The notes below the pieces were generated by a model. The model searched no databases, had not been told where the DNA came from, and saw only the letters and a list, made by a program, of their open reading frames with translations. From contig CAXXGJ010000038.1 in assembly GCA_963677895.2 (NCBI GenBank), positions 32,001 through 96,000 on the forward strand: 64,000 nucleotides of DNA. The letters run 5' to 3'. The stretch is from Treponemataceae bacterium (lineage in GTDB: Bacteria; Spirochaetota; Spirochaetia; Treponematales; Rectinemataceae). Made by a program: the position numbers and the translations under genes. Below are positions 44,178 to 54,335 of this stretch, piece after piece (positions within the stretch are counted from its first letter, which is position 1; the number at the start of each line of letters is the position of its first letter).

Positions 44178-44251
44178 TGGGCGCTGAGGGGTTCGAACCC
44201 CCGACCTACTGGGTGTAAACCAGCCGCTCTGACCAGCTGAGCCAAGCGCCC
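44178..44251 (-). tRNA. tRNA-Val(TAC)
   Basis: GGGCGCT/AGCGCCC acceptor, GCTC/GAGC D arm, GCTGG-TTTACAC-CCAGT anticodon arm, GGGGG-TTCGAAC-CCCTC T arm; upstream TTGACC-17-TAATTT; CCA not encoded. Confidence 0.96.
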
Positions 44252-44317
44252 GAAAGCCTCGTCCGCAAGGATGAAGCCTGCAGAAATTATCATATTTACA
44301 TACGAGGGTCAAGTCAG

Positions 44318-45304
44318 GTGAGTTCGCGATCAAAAGGCATAATGGCGATAGGTCATATTCTCGTGGATGGAATCGGGAAGGCGACCGACGCGTTTTCCGC
44401 GCGCTGGGGGAAGCTTTCTTCGCCCGCGCATGTGCCTCCCGCCCTCATGCAAGAGTTGTGCGATTTTATACGCGACAGCGGAAACGGAACCGGGGTTTCC
44501 TGGACTATGGGCGGCGGCGTCGCCATCATGGCCAAGGCGGCACAGGCTCTTGGAACGGAGACCGAAGTCTGGGCCAGCGTTGGCCGGGATGAGCATGGCC
44601 GTTTCCTCGCCAGGGAACTGGCGGAAACGGGGATAGGCGCGCATCTTCTGGCCTCGGAGGGTTCAACGGGCGTTTTCTGTTCCTTTTCGACCGAATCCGG
44701 CGACAAAAGAATCATCGTGAGCCCCGGGGCGGCGAGAGACATTCGGGGATTTGAAATTCCTGAAGCGGCTTTTCATCCCGGCTGGATATTCTATATCGAT
44801 GGCCTCCTCATCGACGATATGGTTTGGCTTTCGACACAGGCGAAGAGAGCCAGGAAAGCGGGGATGAAGGTCGCGATGGATATTTCCACGGCTTCCAACG
44901 CAAAGGTCCACGGGAAGGTGCTGAAGGAATTCGCGCAGGCCTGCTGCGATATCGTTTTCGCTAATGAAAGCGAGTTCGTCGCGCTGGGCGGCCTGGAGGC
45001 GATGGAGCCCGGCAGCGGAACGGAATGGATAGTGAAGAAGGCGGGGAAGGGCGCCTCTATGTTGCGCGGGGGAGTCTGGATCGATTCAACGGTTTCCCGC
45101 ATGGATCCGATCGACGACACGGGAGCGGGCGACGCTTTTTCCGCGGGCTTTCTTACAGCCTTGCTCCGGGATTACGATGCCGCCCAGTGTCTGCGACTCG
45201 GCAATGTCGCGGCGGCGGCGACGCTGCGCAGCAGAGGCTCGGGCTTCGACCCTGTCGCAATGAAACGAGACTATAACCTTGCCGAAACACTCCTGATTCT
45301 TTAA
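44318..45304 (+). CDS. PfkB-family carbohydrate/nucleoside kinase
   Basis: IGHILVD, MGGG, VGRDEHG, FANESE, DDTGAGDAFSAGF. Confidence 0.88.
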   Translation: MSSRSKGIMAIGHILVDGIGKATDAFSARWGKLSSPAHVPPALMQELCDFIRDSGNGTGVSWTMGGGVAIMAKAAQALGTETEVWASVGRDEHGRFLARELAETGIGAHLLASEGSTGVFCSFSTESGDKRIIVSPGAARDIRGFEIPEAAFHPGWIFYIDGLLIDDMVWLSTQAKRARKAGMKVAMDISTASNAKVHGKVLKEFAQACCDIVFANESEFVALGGLEAMEPGSGTEWIVKKAGKGASMLRGGVWIDSTVSRMDPIDDTGAGDAFSAGFLTALLRDYDAAQCLRLGNVAAAATLRSRGSGFDPVAMKRDYNLAETLLIL

Positions 45305-45376
45305 ATTGTAATAGATATATGAAAATCTCCGCTCAACAAGGCGGTGAACGTACCTACATCATGCCCAGGAGCTTTT

Positions 45377-47731
45377 ATGCCTGACAACGAAATAATCGCC
45401 ATCGACCAGATTTTACCGAACAAGCTGCCGGTCATCACCTTGATCGGCCGCCCGATTTTCCCGGGCATCTTTACGCCCATAATGATAGCCAACCCGCCGG
45501 ACATGCAGATAGTCGAACAGGCCCTGACGGGAGACGGAATGGTCGGCCTCGTCCTCGCGCGGGAAGAGGGGGACCAGCTTTCAGCCGATAATCTATTCCT
45601 GGTGGGGACGGTCGCCAAGATCGTGAAGCGCATCAACCTTCCCGACGGCGGCATCAACATATTCATCTCGACCCTGAAGCGCTTCAAGATAAAGAAATTC
45701 CTGTCGAAAGAGGTGCCCATAGTCGTAGCGGTCAGCTATCTGGACGACATCAACGACGACACCGACGAGATCAAGGCGCTCACCCGCGCCCTCCTCAGCG
45801 AGATGAAGCAGGTGTCGGAGAACAATCCGCTTTTCTCTGAGGAAATGCGCCTCAACATGATCAACATCGACCATCCCGGGAAAATCGCCGATTTCATCGC
45901 ATCGATTCTGAACATCGACAAAAAGGAACAGCAGAAGGTGCTGGAAACCCTGGATGTCCGCGAGAGGATGGAGAAAGTTCTCATCTATATCAAGAAAGAA
46001 CAGGAACTGCTCAGGATCCAGAAGAAAGTCCAGGCTGAAATCAACGAGAAGATCGAGAAAAGCCAGAGGGAATATTTCCTCAAAGAAGAGCTGAAGACCA
46101 TAAAGCAGGAGCTTGGGCTTCCGTCGGACGCGAAAAGCTCGGACTACCAGAAATTCAAGGCCAAGATCGATTCCTTCAAGTTCGAAGGGGAGGTCAAGGA
46201 GCAGGTGAAACAGGAGCTCGAAAAGTTCAACCTGATGGATCCTTCGGCGAGCGAATATATCGTGACGAGGAACTGGCTGGACCTAATCTGTTCTCTGCCC
46301 TGGACGACCGAACTTTCGAACGATTTCGATATGGTCAAAGCCCAGGAGACGCTCGAAGCCGATCATTACGGCCTTAAAGACGTAAAGGACCGGATCGTGG
46401 AATATCTCGCGGTGCGGAAGCTCAAGAAAGACTCCAAAGGTTCCATACTCTGTCTCGTCGGCCCCCCGGGCGTCGGCAAGACGAGCGTGGGCAGGTCCAT
46501 AGCCAGAGCCATGGGCAAACAATTCTTCCGTTTCAGCGTTGGGGGGATGAGAGATGAGGCCGAGATAAAGGGACACAGGCGCACCTATGTGGGCGCATTG
46601 CCCGGCAAGATCATCCAGGGCCTCAAAATCAGCAAATCGAAGGATCCGGTCTTCATGATAGACGAAATCGACAAGATGGGCGTGTCCTATCAGGGCGACC
46701 CCTCGAGCGCCCTGCTCGAAGCCCTCGATCCCGAGCAGAATTTCAGCTTCCGCGATCACTATCTCGACTTGCCCTTCGATATCTCCAACATTTTCTTCAT
46801 CACGACGGCGAATACCCTCGACACGATTCCACGGCCTCTCATCGACAGGATGGAAATCATCCAGATACCGGGCTATGTCGACAGCGAGAAGCTGGAGATA
46901 GCCAGGCATTACCTCGTGCCCAAAAGCCTCGAAAAAAACGGGCTCAAGAAAAGCGATGTCCGCTACACGAGGGATTCGCTGCTCTATATCGCCGAGGCTT
47001 ACGCTCGAGAATCCGGCGTCAGGAATTTCGAGAAAAGCCTGGACAAGATCCACAGGAAATTGGCGAAAGCCATCGTTCTGGATACGCCCGAGGACGGAAG
47101 ATCCAAGGTCGTCATCGACAGGACGGCGGTGCAGAAGTATCTGGGGCAGCCCATATTCCGCGATGACGACATCAAGAGGGCGACAAGGCCCGGTATGTCG
47201 GTCGGGCTCGCGTGGACGAGCATGGGGGGCGATACGCTCATCATCGAAGCCGTGGCGAATCCAGGCAAGGAAGGCTTCAAGCTCACCGGGCAGATGGGAT
47301 CCGTCATGCAGGAATCGGCCAGCATCGCCTATACCTATGTGCGGAGCGTCGCCGCCGAGATGTACGATATCGGAGCTGACTATTTCGAAGGCAAGCAGAT
47401 CCATCTCCACATTCCCGAAGGCGCCACACCCAAGGATGGACCATCGGCAGGCATCACGATGGCCACCGCTTTGCTTTCCCTCGTCATTAACAAGAAGATA
47501 AAGGACAGGCTGGCTATGACGGGCGAGCTGTCCCTGACCGGCCAGGTGCTGCCCATAGGCGGGCTCAAGGAAAAAACCGTGGCGGCCAGACGCAACAAGA
47601 TAAAAGATCTGATCATACCGGCTGCCAACCAAACCGATGTCGACGAGATCCCCGAGCATGTCAAGAAGGGAATACGCTTCCATCCGGTGCACAGGATGGA
47701 GGAAGTGATCGAAATAGCTTTCGGTTCATGA
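45377..47731 (+). CDS. lon: ATP-dependent protease La
   Basis: LON N-domain, DHYGL, GPPGVGKT, GHRRTYVGA, DEIDK, PKDGPSAG (catalytic Ser), GGLKEK; SD AGGAG; candidate promoter TTGCCG-17-TAAATT at 45279-45307. Confidence 0.98.
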   Translation: MPDNEIIAIDQILPNKLPVITLIGRPIFPGIFTPIMIANPPDMQIVEQALTGDGMVGLVLAREEGDQLSADNLFLVGTVAKIVKRINLPDGGINIFISTLKRFKIKKFLSKEVPIVVAVSYLDDINDDTDEIKALTRALLSEMKQVSENNPLFSEEMRLNMINIDHPGKIADFIASILNIDKKEQQKVLETLDVRERMEKVLIYIKKEQELLRIQKKVQAEINEKIEKSQREYFLKEELKTIKQELGLPSDAKSSDYQKFKAKIDSFKFEGEVKEQVKQELEKFNLMDPSASEYIVTRNWLDLICSLPWTTELSNDFDMVKAQETLEADHYGLKDVKDRIVEYLAVRKLKKDSKGSILCLVGPPGVGKTSVGRSIARAMGKQFFRFSVGGMRDEAEIKGHRRTYVGALPGKIIQGLKISKSKDPVFMIDEIDKMGVSYQGDPSSALLEALDPEQNFSFRDHYLDLPFDISNIFFITTANTLDTIPRPLIDRMEIIQIPGYVDSEKLEIARHYLVPKSLEKNGLKKSDVRYTRDSLLYIAEAYARESGVRNFEKSLDKIHRKLAKAIVLDTPEDGRSKVVIDRTAVQKYLGQPIFRDDDIKRATRPGMSVGLAWTSMGGDTLIIEAVANPGKEGFKLTGQMGSVMQESASIAYTYVRSVAAEMYDIGADYFEGKQIHLHIPEGATPKDGPSAGITMATALLSLVINKKIKDRLAMTGELSLTGQVLPIGGLKEKTVAARRNKIKDLIIPAANQTDVDEIPEHVKKGIRFHPVHRMEEVIEIAFGS

Positions 47732-47747
47732 TAAAATCGCCGTCATC

Positions 47748-49847
47748 ATGACGACGATGCCAGTTTTTTGCGGCCGCGACTGCGGAGGCGACGCCTGTCC
47801 CCTTCTCGCCGAAGTCGAAGGGGGCAGGGTTTCGAGAATCCGTCACAACCCGGTCGCGGGGCCCTATGTACAGGGCTGCCCGAAAGGTTTTGCGCTTGCG
47901 CATTTTCATTATTCTCCCGAACGACTGAAGACGCCCCTGCTCAGGGTAGGCCCGCGCGGTTCCGGGCAATTCCGGAAGATTGCCTGGGATGATGCGCTGG
48001 ATAGGATCAGGGATGGCCTGGCGGCCTGCAGGGAACGCCACGGCCCGCATTCCGTGCTCAGCCTCTCCAGCGCAGGTTCCACGGGAGCTCTTCACAATAC
48101 CGAAAAATTTACGCGCCGTTTTTTCAACGCGATTGGCGGTTGTACCGTCCTGGATGGCAGCTATTCGAGCAATGCGGCCAGCTTCGCGTTGAGGAAAATG
48201 TTCGGACAGGATTACGGCCGTTCGGGATTCGACGCGGCGACCATGGACAAGAGCGCGATGATCATCCTCTGGGGCGCCAATATTCTCGAGGCGAGGCTCG
48301 GGGCGGAAATGGGAACGCGACTCATGGAAGCGGCAAGGCGGGGAGTGCCCATCCTGTCGATCGATCCGCGCAGGACGAGGACGACGGAAGCGGTCCATGC
48401 CGAATGGATTCCAGTAAGGCCCGGCACCGACGCGGCCTTCATGTACGCCATCCTCCACGCGCTTTTGAAGCAGAACGTTTTGGATATGGATTATATCGAA
48501 GCGAGAGCTGCGGGCTTCAATGACATTCTTGACTATGTGACCGGCGCCATAGACGGCGTCGAGAAGAGTCCCGCCTGGGCCGCCAGCCTATGCGGCGTGA
48601 ATGCCGATACCATTGTGGATCTGGCGCGACGATGGGCGGCGACAAAGCCGACAATGCTTATGCCCGGGTACTCGATTCAGCGAACCGAGGCCGGCGAAGA
48701 AGTAGCCCGGCTCTGCGTCGCCCTCCAGCTCGCCACGGGAAATTTTGCCCTTCCTGGAGGATCTTCGGGTTCTCTCAACAATAGGATGCCGGGAGTCCGC
48801 GTAGGGACAATGGATGAAGGCGAAGGCAGCGCCAACCGGCACGTGCCCGTGCTGCGCTGGGCGGACTCCATTCTAGAAGGTCAGCCCGCGTATGCCTCGA
48901 ACATCCACGCCATATATTCGGCCGGCGGCAATTTCCTCAACCAGGGCGCCGATATCGCCAAGAATATCAAGGCCTTCGAATCCCTGGACTTCGCCGTCTG
49001 CCACGAGCTCTTCATGACGCCCACGGCCGCATACTGCGACATCGTTTTGCCCGCGGCATCCCCCCTGCAAAAAGAGGACATCGGGATTCCTTGGGCGGGG
49101 AATTATGTTCTCTACAAACCTCAAATCCTTCCCTATGAGGCTGAGGAAAGGTCCGATTTCGAGATATTCAGGGGATTGGCTTCACGGTTTGGCGTGGAGC
49201 GGGCATTTACCAGTGGGCGAAGCGCCGAGGAGTGGATAGATTTTTTCCTGGAGTCATCGGAAATCCCCGACCTCGAGGCATTCAAGCGGGATGGCATATA
49301 TTTCGGCGCGGACCAGGACAGAACCGGCCTGGCGACCTTCGCCTCGGACCCGGCGGGGCATGCCTTGGGCACAGCCTCGGGCAAGATCGAGTTCCGCTCC
49401 GGCAAGCGCTGGACCTGCTGGCAGGACGCTAGTTCGCGGGATGCTGAGGCGCCGCCATCCTCCTGGCTTCTCGTCACGCCCAAGATAGCCGAGCGAGTCC
49501 ATTCGCAGGGCGCCGATTATACCGAGAAAATCCTGCGCAACACGCTTCTGATGAACGAATCCGACGCCCAGGACCTGGGATTGGCTGAAGGCGATATGGC
49601 GAGGATCAGCTCTGAAACAGGAGAGACCGTGGCCGCCGTGGCGATTTCCAGGATGATAATGCGGGGCGTCGCGTCGCTTCCCGAGGGAACCTGGTGCATC
49701 GACCCGCTGGGAGAGAATGAGCCGCGCGGTTCCGCCAACCACCTCACCTCGACAAAAGGCACTGAAGAAAGCACTTCCTGCGTGATGCACGGCATTAGGG
49801 TGAATATCCGGAAAGTCTCTGACCCTGTCGGGCGGGAGACGGGCTGA
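47748..49847 (+). CDS. Molybdopterin-dependent oxidoreductase, DMSO-reductase family catalytic subunit (no Tat signal)
   Basis: CGRDCGGDAC..CPKG Fe-S motif, ERLKTPL, GSYSS (Ser-ligand position), ILWGAN, PVRPGTD, MTPTAAYCDIVLPA, SGKIEF, C-terminal molybdopterin-binding domain. Confidence 0.9.
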   Translation: MTTMPVFCGRDCGGDACPLLAEVEGGRVSRIRHNPVAGPYVQGCPKGFALAHFHYSPERLKTPLLRVGPRGSGQFRKIAWDDALDRIRDGLAACRERHGPHSVLSLSSAGSTGALHNTEKFTRRFFNAIGGCTVLDGSYSSNAASFALRKMFGQDYGRSGFDAATMDKSAMIILWGANILEARLGAEMGTRLMEAARRGVPILSIDPRRTRTTEAVHAEWIPVRPGTDAAFMYAILHALLKQNVLDMDYIEARAAGFNDILDYVTGAIDGVEKSPAWAASLCGVNADTIVDLARRWAATKPTMLMPGYSIQRTEAGEEVARLCVALQLATGNFALPGGSSGSLNNRMPGVRVGTMDEGEGSANRHVPVLRWADSILEGQPAYASNIHAIYSAGGNFLNQGADIAKNIKAFESLDFAVCHELFMTPTAAYCDIVLPAASPLQKEDIGIPWAGNYVLYKPQILPYEAEERSDFEIFRGLASRFGVERAFTSGRSAEEWIDFFLESSEIPDLEAFKRDGIYFGADQDRTGLATFASDPAGHALGTASGKIEFRSGKRWTCWQDASSRDAEAPPSSWLLVTPKIAERVHSQGADYTEKILRNTLLMNESDAQDLGLAEGDMARISSETGETVAAVAISRMIMRGVASLPEGTWCIDPLGENEPRGSANHLTSTKGTEESTSCVMHGIRVNIRKVSDPVGRETG

Positions 49848-49877
49848 TTTCGCCTAGTATATGGTCAACTCGCTCGG

Positions 49878-51473
49878 TTAGGTGGAAAGTAGTTCTTTCG
49901 GCGTCCATTTGCCATTGGAAAGTTCAAGCCCGTAGGTATTCCTGAGCAAGGACGCAAGACCCGCGTGCAGTGTGGTCGCCGTGGCTCTCACGTCTTCGGG
50001 CAGAGCGGGATCGTCAGCGCCGACGCCGCTCGTCAGCAGCGTATCGATGAGCAGTTTGGCGGCGATGAATCGTTCGCGTTTTTCGACGGCGAAGGCGATG
50101 AACGACGGCAGGATTCCCGTCACCTCCCAGGTGACTTGTTCAGCCTGCGAATATTTGCCGGCATCCTTGTCCTGGTCGCTGAAGCGTACGGGAAGCCTTC
50201 TGGCGATCTCCTCAATCCTCGGAACGAGATAATCGAGATCGAATATTCCCGAGGCGCAATTGAAAAGTATCGGAAAACCTTTGCGTTCGAGATCGAGCAT
50301 CGTCTCAAAACTAATGGCCGCGCCTATGTCAGCCACGGTGCGGCCGCCTTCTTCGGTTTCGACGAGTATCCCGCCCTTGACGTCCAGGGGCGTGCGGACG
50401 GCGAAATCGAAGGCGGCCGGACGGCCCGAAAGGGCCATGATCGCCAGCTCCAGGGGATCCGGGGTAAAACCGAGATTGTCGACGTTGCCCAGGCAGGCAT
50501 AGCGGATTCCCCTCTCGTGGAGTTCGGTGAAAATGGAGCGAAGGACGCGGAAACACTGCCCGTGGCCGCCGGGAAGGGCGAGGCAGGAATTTCTTGCTCC
50601 ATATGTCTTGTCGAAAATTTCCTTGGGCCTTCCCTCCGATGAATGGCTGAAGGCGGCGATCATCGGCTGTATGCCGGTCAGCCATGCCGCGGGATCCAAG
50701 CCGGTTTTCCGCGCGAGCGATCGAAGGAAGAGGGACGAACGCGTTTTTTCGTAAAAATCGGCGAGCGTCTTGTCGTTGGACATGCTCGTCATCTGGAAAA
50801 GCGGGAGAAATTCCATGCTTTGAACGTCAGATTCTTTAGGGAGGACCTTGCCAGTTTTGGCAGGCTGAAGACCAGCCGCGAGGAGGAGCCTGGCGCGCAT
50901 CTTCAGTTCGAGAAAACTAGCCCCGGGGCTGCCGTCGGGATTTATATAGGCGGGGGTCACTCCCTTGGGCATATCCCTGCATAGGGGAGCCATGGCGGCG
51001 AAAACCGGGGCCACAGCGTTGAAGGTTTCCTGGCCCAGGGCAAGGTTCTTCTTGCGGTCGGCATAGCTGGTCGCCGAACCGCCGTTGAGAACGCCATAGG
51101 CCGTAAAGGGAAGTATGGCTTTCCCTATCGAGCGAAGATCGGGGCCGTTGAAGTCAATTCGGTCGGCCGAATTGACACCGACAACGGCGCGGCCGCGTTT
51201 CCCGAAAAGCGAGCCGGATAAATCCAGACCAAAAGCCGCGAGATTTTCTTGAGCTTGCGCGGCATCGCAGGAAAAGACCGGCTTGTTCGCGCGCGTCGCG
51301 CCTCTCAGATCGACGACCGATACCCCATCCATCGAAGGCACGCTTTTTGCCCGCACGGGTTTGACCTTGTCATAGAATCCCTCGTTGTAGTTTTTGAGGA
51401 TCTCCAGGGAGAGCGGTACATCTATCCCCTTGGCTTCCATGTCCTTGCGCAGTTCAGCGGAGACATCTAGCAT
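49878..51473 (-). CDS. UDPGP-family (eukaryote-like) UTP--sugar-1-phosphate uridylyltransferase
   Basis: LNGGSATSY, FQMTS, PGGHG, GNVDNLG, DVKGG, FN, RF..AK. Confidence 0.78.
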   Translation of the reverse strand: MLDVSAELRKDMEAKGIDVPLSLEILKNYNEGFYDKVKPVRAKSVPSMDGVSVVDLRGATRANKPVFSCDAAQAQENLAAFGLDLSGSLFGKRGRAVVGVNSADRIDFNGPDLRSIGKAILPFTAYGVLNGGSATSYADRKKNLALGQETFNAVAPVFAAMAPLCRDMPKGVTPAYINPDGSPGASFLELKMRARLLLAAGLQPAKTGKVLPKESDVQSMEFLPLFQMTSMSNDKTLADFYEKTRSSLFLRSLARKTGLDPAAWLTGIQPMIAAFSHSSEGRPKEIFDKTYGARNSCLALPGGHGQCFRVLRSIFTELHERGIRYACLGNVDNLGFTPDPLELAIMALSGRPAAFDFAVRTPLDVKGGILVETEEGGRTVADIGAAISFETMLDLERKGFPILFNCASGIFDLDYLVPRIEEIARRLPVRFSDQDKDAGKYSQAEQVTWEVTGILPSFIAFAVEKRERFIAAKLLIDTLLTSGVGADDPALPEDVRATATTLHAGLASLLRNTYGLELSNGKWTPKELLST

Positions 51474-51478
51474 CGGTT

Positions 51479-52561
51479 TTATCTCCCAAGTTGAACGGCC
51501 GCATTCGCGGCGCCGATGAGCGATATCGAGTAGTTCTTGACTATCACCACCGGGGTTTCAGAGAGCATCTCCCTAATGTGGGGAGCGTAGTTGCGTTCGA
51601 AAATCCGCATGAACCTATGGTTTTCCAGGAGGAAGCCTTCGTTTTTCGACGAGATGCCTCCAGCCAGATAAATCCCTCCCGAAGGAAGGAAAGAGGCGGC
51701 AAGACTCGAAACCTTTCGCGCGTAGAATTCGCAGAAAAGCTCCATGGCCAGTGAACAGCGCGGGTCCTTTTCCCTGTTCGACGCGATGAAGGCCGGACGT
51801 TCATGTTCGGGTTTCGCGAGTATGGAGAGCGCGAAAGGGGCGGGGACCGCGTCCATCGGGCAATTGGCGGAACGAGGATCGAAAGCCTCTGAACAAAGGA
51901 AGGAGAAGATGTTGTCGATGCCCTGCCCGGACACGGCCAGCTCGATACCGGGGTCAAACCCGATTTTAGCCTTGACCCAGCGGGAAAAGGCGAGACTCAG
52001 CTCGTCCCAGCAAGGCAAGGACGAATGCCCCCCCTCGGAAGGATAGACTACGCAGCTTCCGTCGGAGCGCTTGTCGACGAATCCCACGCCCAGGCCTGTG
52101 CCCGCTCCGACCACGAGGGCGACTCCGGTTCCAGGCAGAGGCTCGGAACCGTCGGTATGCGGTATCGGCGTAATCTCCTTTCGGTTTGCGGCGTCGAGGA
52201 GAACGACGGCGTAGGATATCGCCGTAAAATCATTGATAAGGTGAACGGAGAAGCCAAAACGCCCGCTGATTTCGGAAGCGTGAATTGCCCAGGGGGCATT
52301 GGTAAGCTGTATCGCGCCATCTTTCACTGGCCCAGCCGCCGATATGCAGCAGACTTTGACCTGGCCGCCTAGTCCTTCGCTTCGGGCTAGATCGAGAAAG
52401 CGGGCCATGGGATCGATCAGGGAAGTTTCGGCTTGCGTCGAATATCGGCGTGAAAGAACGATGGTGAAACTGCCTTGCGCATGGCGTACGAGCGCGAGAT
52501 TGGTATTAGTGCCGCCGATGTCCGCGGCGAGGATGAGGTCGTCTATCGTGTTTTCGCTCAT
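51479..52561 (-). CDS. glk: Glucokinase (E. coli Glk type)
   Basis: ADIGGTN, AAGPV, LTNAPW, LINDF, GAGTGLG, PSEGGH, VSGQG, YLAGGI, LIGAA. Confidence 0.93.
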   Translation of the reverse strand: MSENTIDDLILAADIGGTNTNLALVRHAQGSFTIVLSRRYSTQAETSLIDPMARFLDLARSEGLGGQVKVCCISAAGPVKDGAIQLTNAPWAIHASEISGRFGFSVHLINDFTAISYAVVLLDAANRKEITPIPHTDGSEPLPGTGVALVVGAGTGLGVGFVDKRSDGSCVVYPSEGGHSSLPCWDELSLAFSRWVKAKIGFDPGIELAVSGQGIDNIFSFLCSEAFDPRSANCPMDAVPAPFALSILAKPEHERPAFIASNREKDPRCSLAMELFCEFYARKVSSLAASFLPSGGIYLAGGISSKNEGFLLENHRFMRIFERNYAPHIREMLSETPVVIVKNYSISLIGAANAAVQLGR

Positions 52562-52596
52562 TGAAGCATTCTAACGAAAGAAAATTCAGAAGACAA
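52559..52596 (-). promoter_or_regulatory. Putative internal promoter giving a leaderless glk transcript
   Basis: Minus strand TTGTCT-17-TAGAAT, then 6 nt, then ATG 52561; no SD. Confidence 0.65.
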
Positions 52597-53608
52597 TGTC
52601 CGCGATTTCGTAGTTGCGAAGGAAGCGGGAACTGGCGACATCGTAAATCTCCAGATGAAGGTGCTCCCCGTGCCCTTTTTTCCTGGCATTAGTGCCCGTG
52701 TTTCCCCCATGGCCCAGGGGATATCCCGCGGGAATGACTTCGCCCGGCTTTACGAGTACGTCGAAGAGGTGAAAAAAGAGATAATACTTGTTTTTTTTAG
52801 GGGAATACAGGATGACGCCGTTGCCGGCTTTTGGGGTGATCCCCCCGGAGCGATACGTGGTCAGATCTTCGCCCCCGCGCCAGGACGAATCGGTCGCGAC
52901 GACGATAGAGTCGGTGAACGAAAAGATGACGGGGCCCTTTTGAAGCGTGCTGAAGGGCAGCAAATCCACATCCTTCAAGAAAATATCCAAGGCGAAGGTG
53001 TGGGAGTAATCATAATCCCTTTCCCTGGGTTTGGAGGACAGGCCGGGAAGGGTAACGCCGCCCTCATAGAGTCCGGCATCGGCATAGAGCTGTATAGGGA
53101 GCTTGGCTTTGCCTTTTTCCTCCATGGTTTCGTAAATGCCCTCGAAAAGCCTTCCATAATTGCCGCGAAGCGGCTGGAAGGCGGGAACCAGATCGACGAC
53201 GGTCTGGTAGTAGGCGCCTGCCGGGCCTTTATCCGCCGCGTTTTCCAGGTAATCGTCCACATCTCTGTCTCTCGCGAGCATGGCCAATGATTCGGAGGCG
53301 CTCGGAAAGATCGAAGACAGGTAATCCGAAGGATTTCTTTTCTTTTTTAGCGCCCTCGCGGTCAAGATGGAGCCCATCTCCTTCACCTGCCCGGGTTCCA
53401 TGGAACCGATTTTCGGGGAAGAAAGCATCGATAGTATTTCCGCATCTTTCAATGAATTTGAGGAAACGGCATCGTTATTCTGGGAGGATGTAGTATCGGC
53501 GAGGCTCGAGGCTGAGGGTTTCATCAATAGGACGCATCCCAGAGCGAGGCAGGGAATCAGGATAAGAATCATGAGACGGAAGGAACGTTGGTCCTTGGGT
53601 GAATTCAT
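52586..53608 (-). CDS. Membrane-anchored M23-family metallopeptidase
   Basis: N-terminal TM; H(x)nD segment HTFALD, GNGV, FHL, V.PG..I..G..LG..GNTG, HLHLE. Confidence 0.85.
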   Translation of the reverse strand: MNSPKDQRSFRLMILILIPCLALGCVLLMKPSASSLADTTSSQNNDAVSSNSLKDAEILSMLSSPKIGSMEPGQVKEMGSILTARALKKKRNPSDYLSSIFPSASESLAMLARDRDVDDYLENAADKGPAGAYYQTVVDLVPAFQPLRGNYGRLFEGIYETMEEKGKAKLPIQLYADAGLYEGGVTLPGLSSKPRERDYDYSHTFALDIFLKDVDLLPFSTLQKGPVIFSFTDSIVVATDSSWRGGEDLTTYRSGGITPKAGNGVILYSPKKNKYYLFFHLFDVLVKPGEVIPAGYPLGHGGNTGTNARKKGHGEHLHLEIYDVASSRFLRNYEIADIVF

Positions 53609-53621
53609 CGCGATAAGGTCC

Positions 53622-54335
53622 TTAAGCGCATGTTCCCGCGAGTTTGCGCGCGCTATGGGTGAAAAGTTTCATGCAGGTTTTGGCGTCGTCGAGAGCCCTG
53701 TGGGACGTCCCCGTTTCTACGCCGAGGATGAATGCCGCTTTGCCTAGGCTATAGGAAATCAAATTCGGAACCGCCTGCCTCAGCAGGACAAGACTGTCGG
53801 CCATTTCGCGGATAGGCGCATTCTTTCCGAGGCGCGAAAATTCCTCTGAAATGAATCCCGCGTCGAAGGGCGCGTTGTGGGCAACCATGACACGCCCTTC
53901 CAAAAAGCCGTTCAGTGTATCGGAAAGATCCTTGAAGAAAGGCGAAGCCCATACATCCAAGTCGGTTATGCCATGTATGGCCGTCGACGACGCGGGAATG
54001 GCGATGCCCGGATTTATCAGACTGTCCCAGGTTTTTTCTTCGACGAGGGCACCCTCGGCATCGAAGGAGAAAAGAACTATACCGATTTCTATGACTCGGT
54101 CGCGGAACGCGTCGAGGCCGGTCGTCTCGACATCGAGCGCGGCATAGCTTCGCTTGTCCCAGTCGCAAGGAAGAGGACAATAGTCGGGAGCGCCCTCGGG
54201 GGGAGGCAGGCGTTGGGAATCATCAGGCAGTATCCATCCCCTGGGCGCAGGCCTCTGATCCTGCTGCGATGAAGGATGGACGTACCGGGACCACAGGGGA
54301 GCTCCTCCGGGAAAATCTGAATTCAACGCCATCAA
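53622..54335 (-). CDS. DEDDh 3'-5' exonuclease (DnaQ-like)
   Basis: ExoI LDVETTG, IHGIT, ExoII VAHNAPFD, ExoIII HRALDDA. Confidence 0.92.
   Translation of the reverse strand: MMALNSDFPGGAPLWSRYVHPSSQQDQRPAPRGWILPDDSQRLPPPEGAPDYCPLPCDWDKRSYAALDVETTGLDAFRDRVIEIGIVLFSFDAEGALVEEKTWDSLINPGIAIPASSTAIHGITDLDVWASPFFKDLSDTLNGFLEGRVMVAHNAPFDAGFISEEFSRLGKNAPIREMADSLVLLRQAVPNLISYSLGKAAFILGVETGTSHRALDDAKTCMKLFTHSARKLAGTCA

Noticed and set aside
44178..44251. tRNA-Val as an integration site
   Set aside because: No integrase, no convincing duplicate of the tRNA 3' end, and housekeeping genes on both sides.
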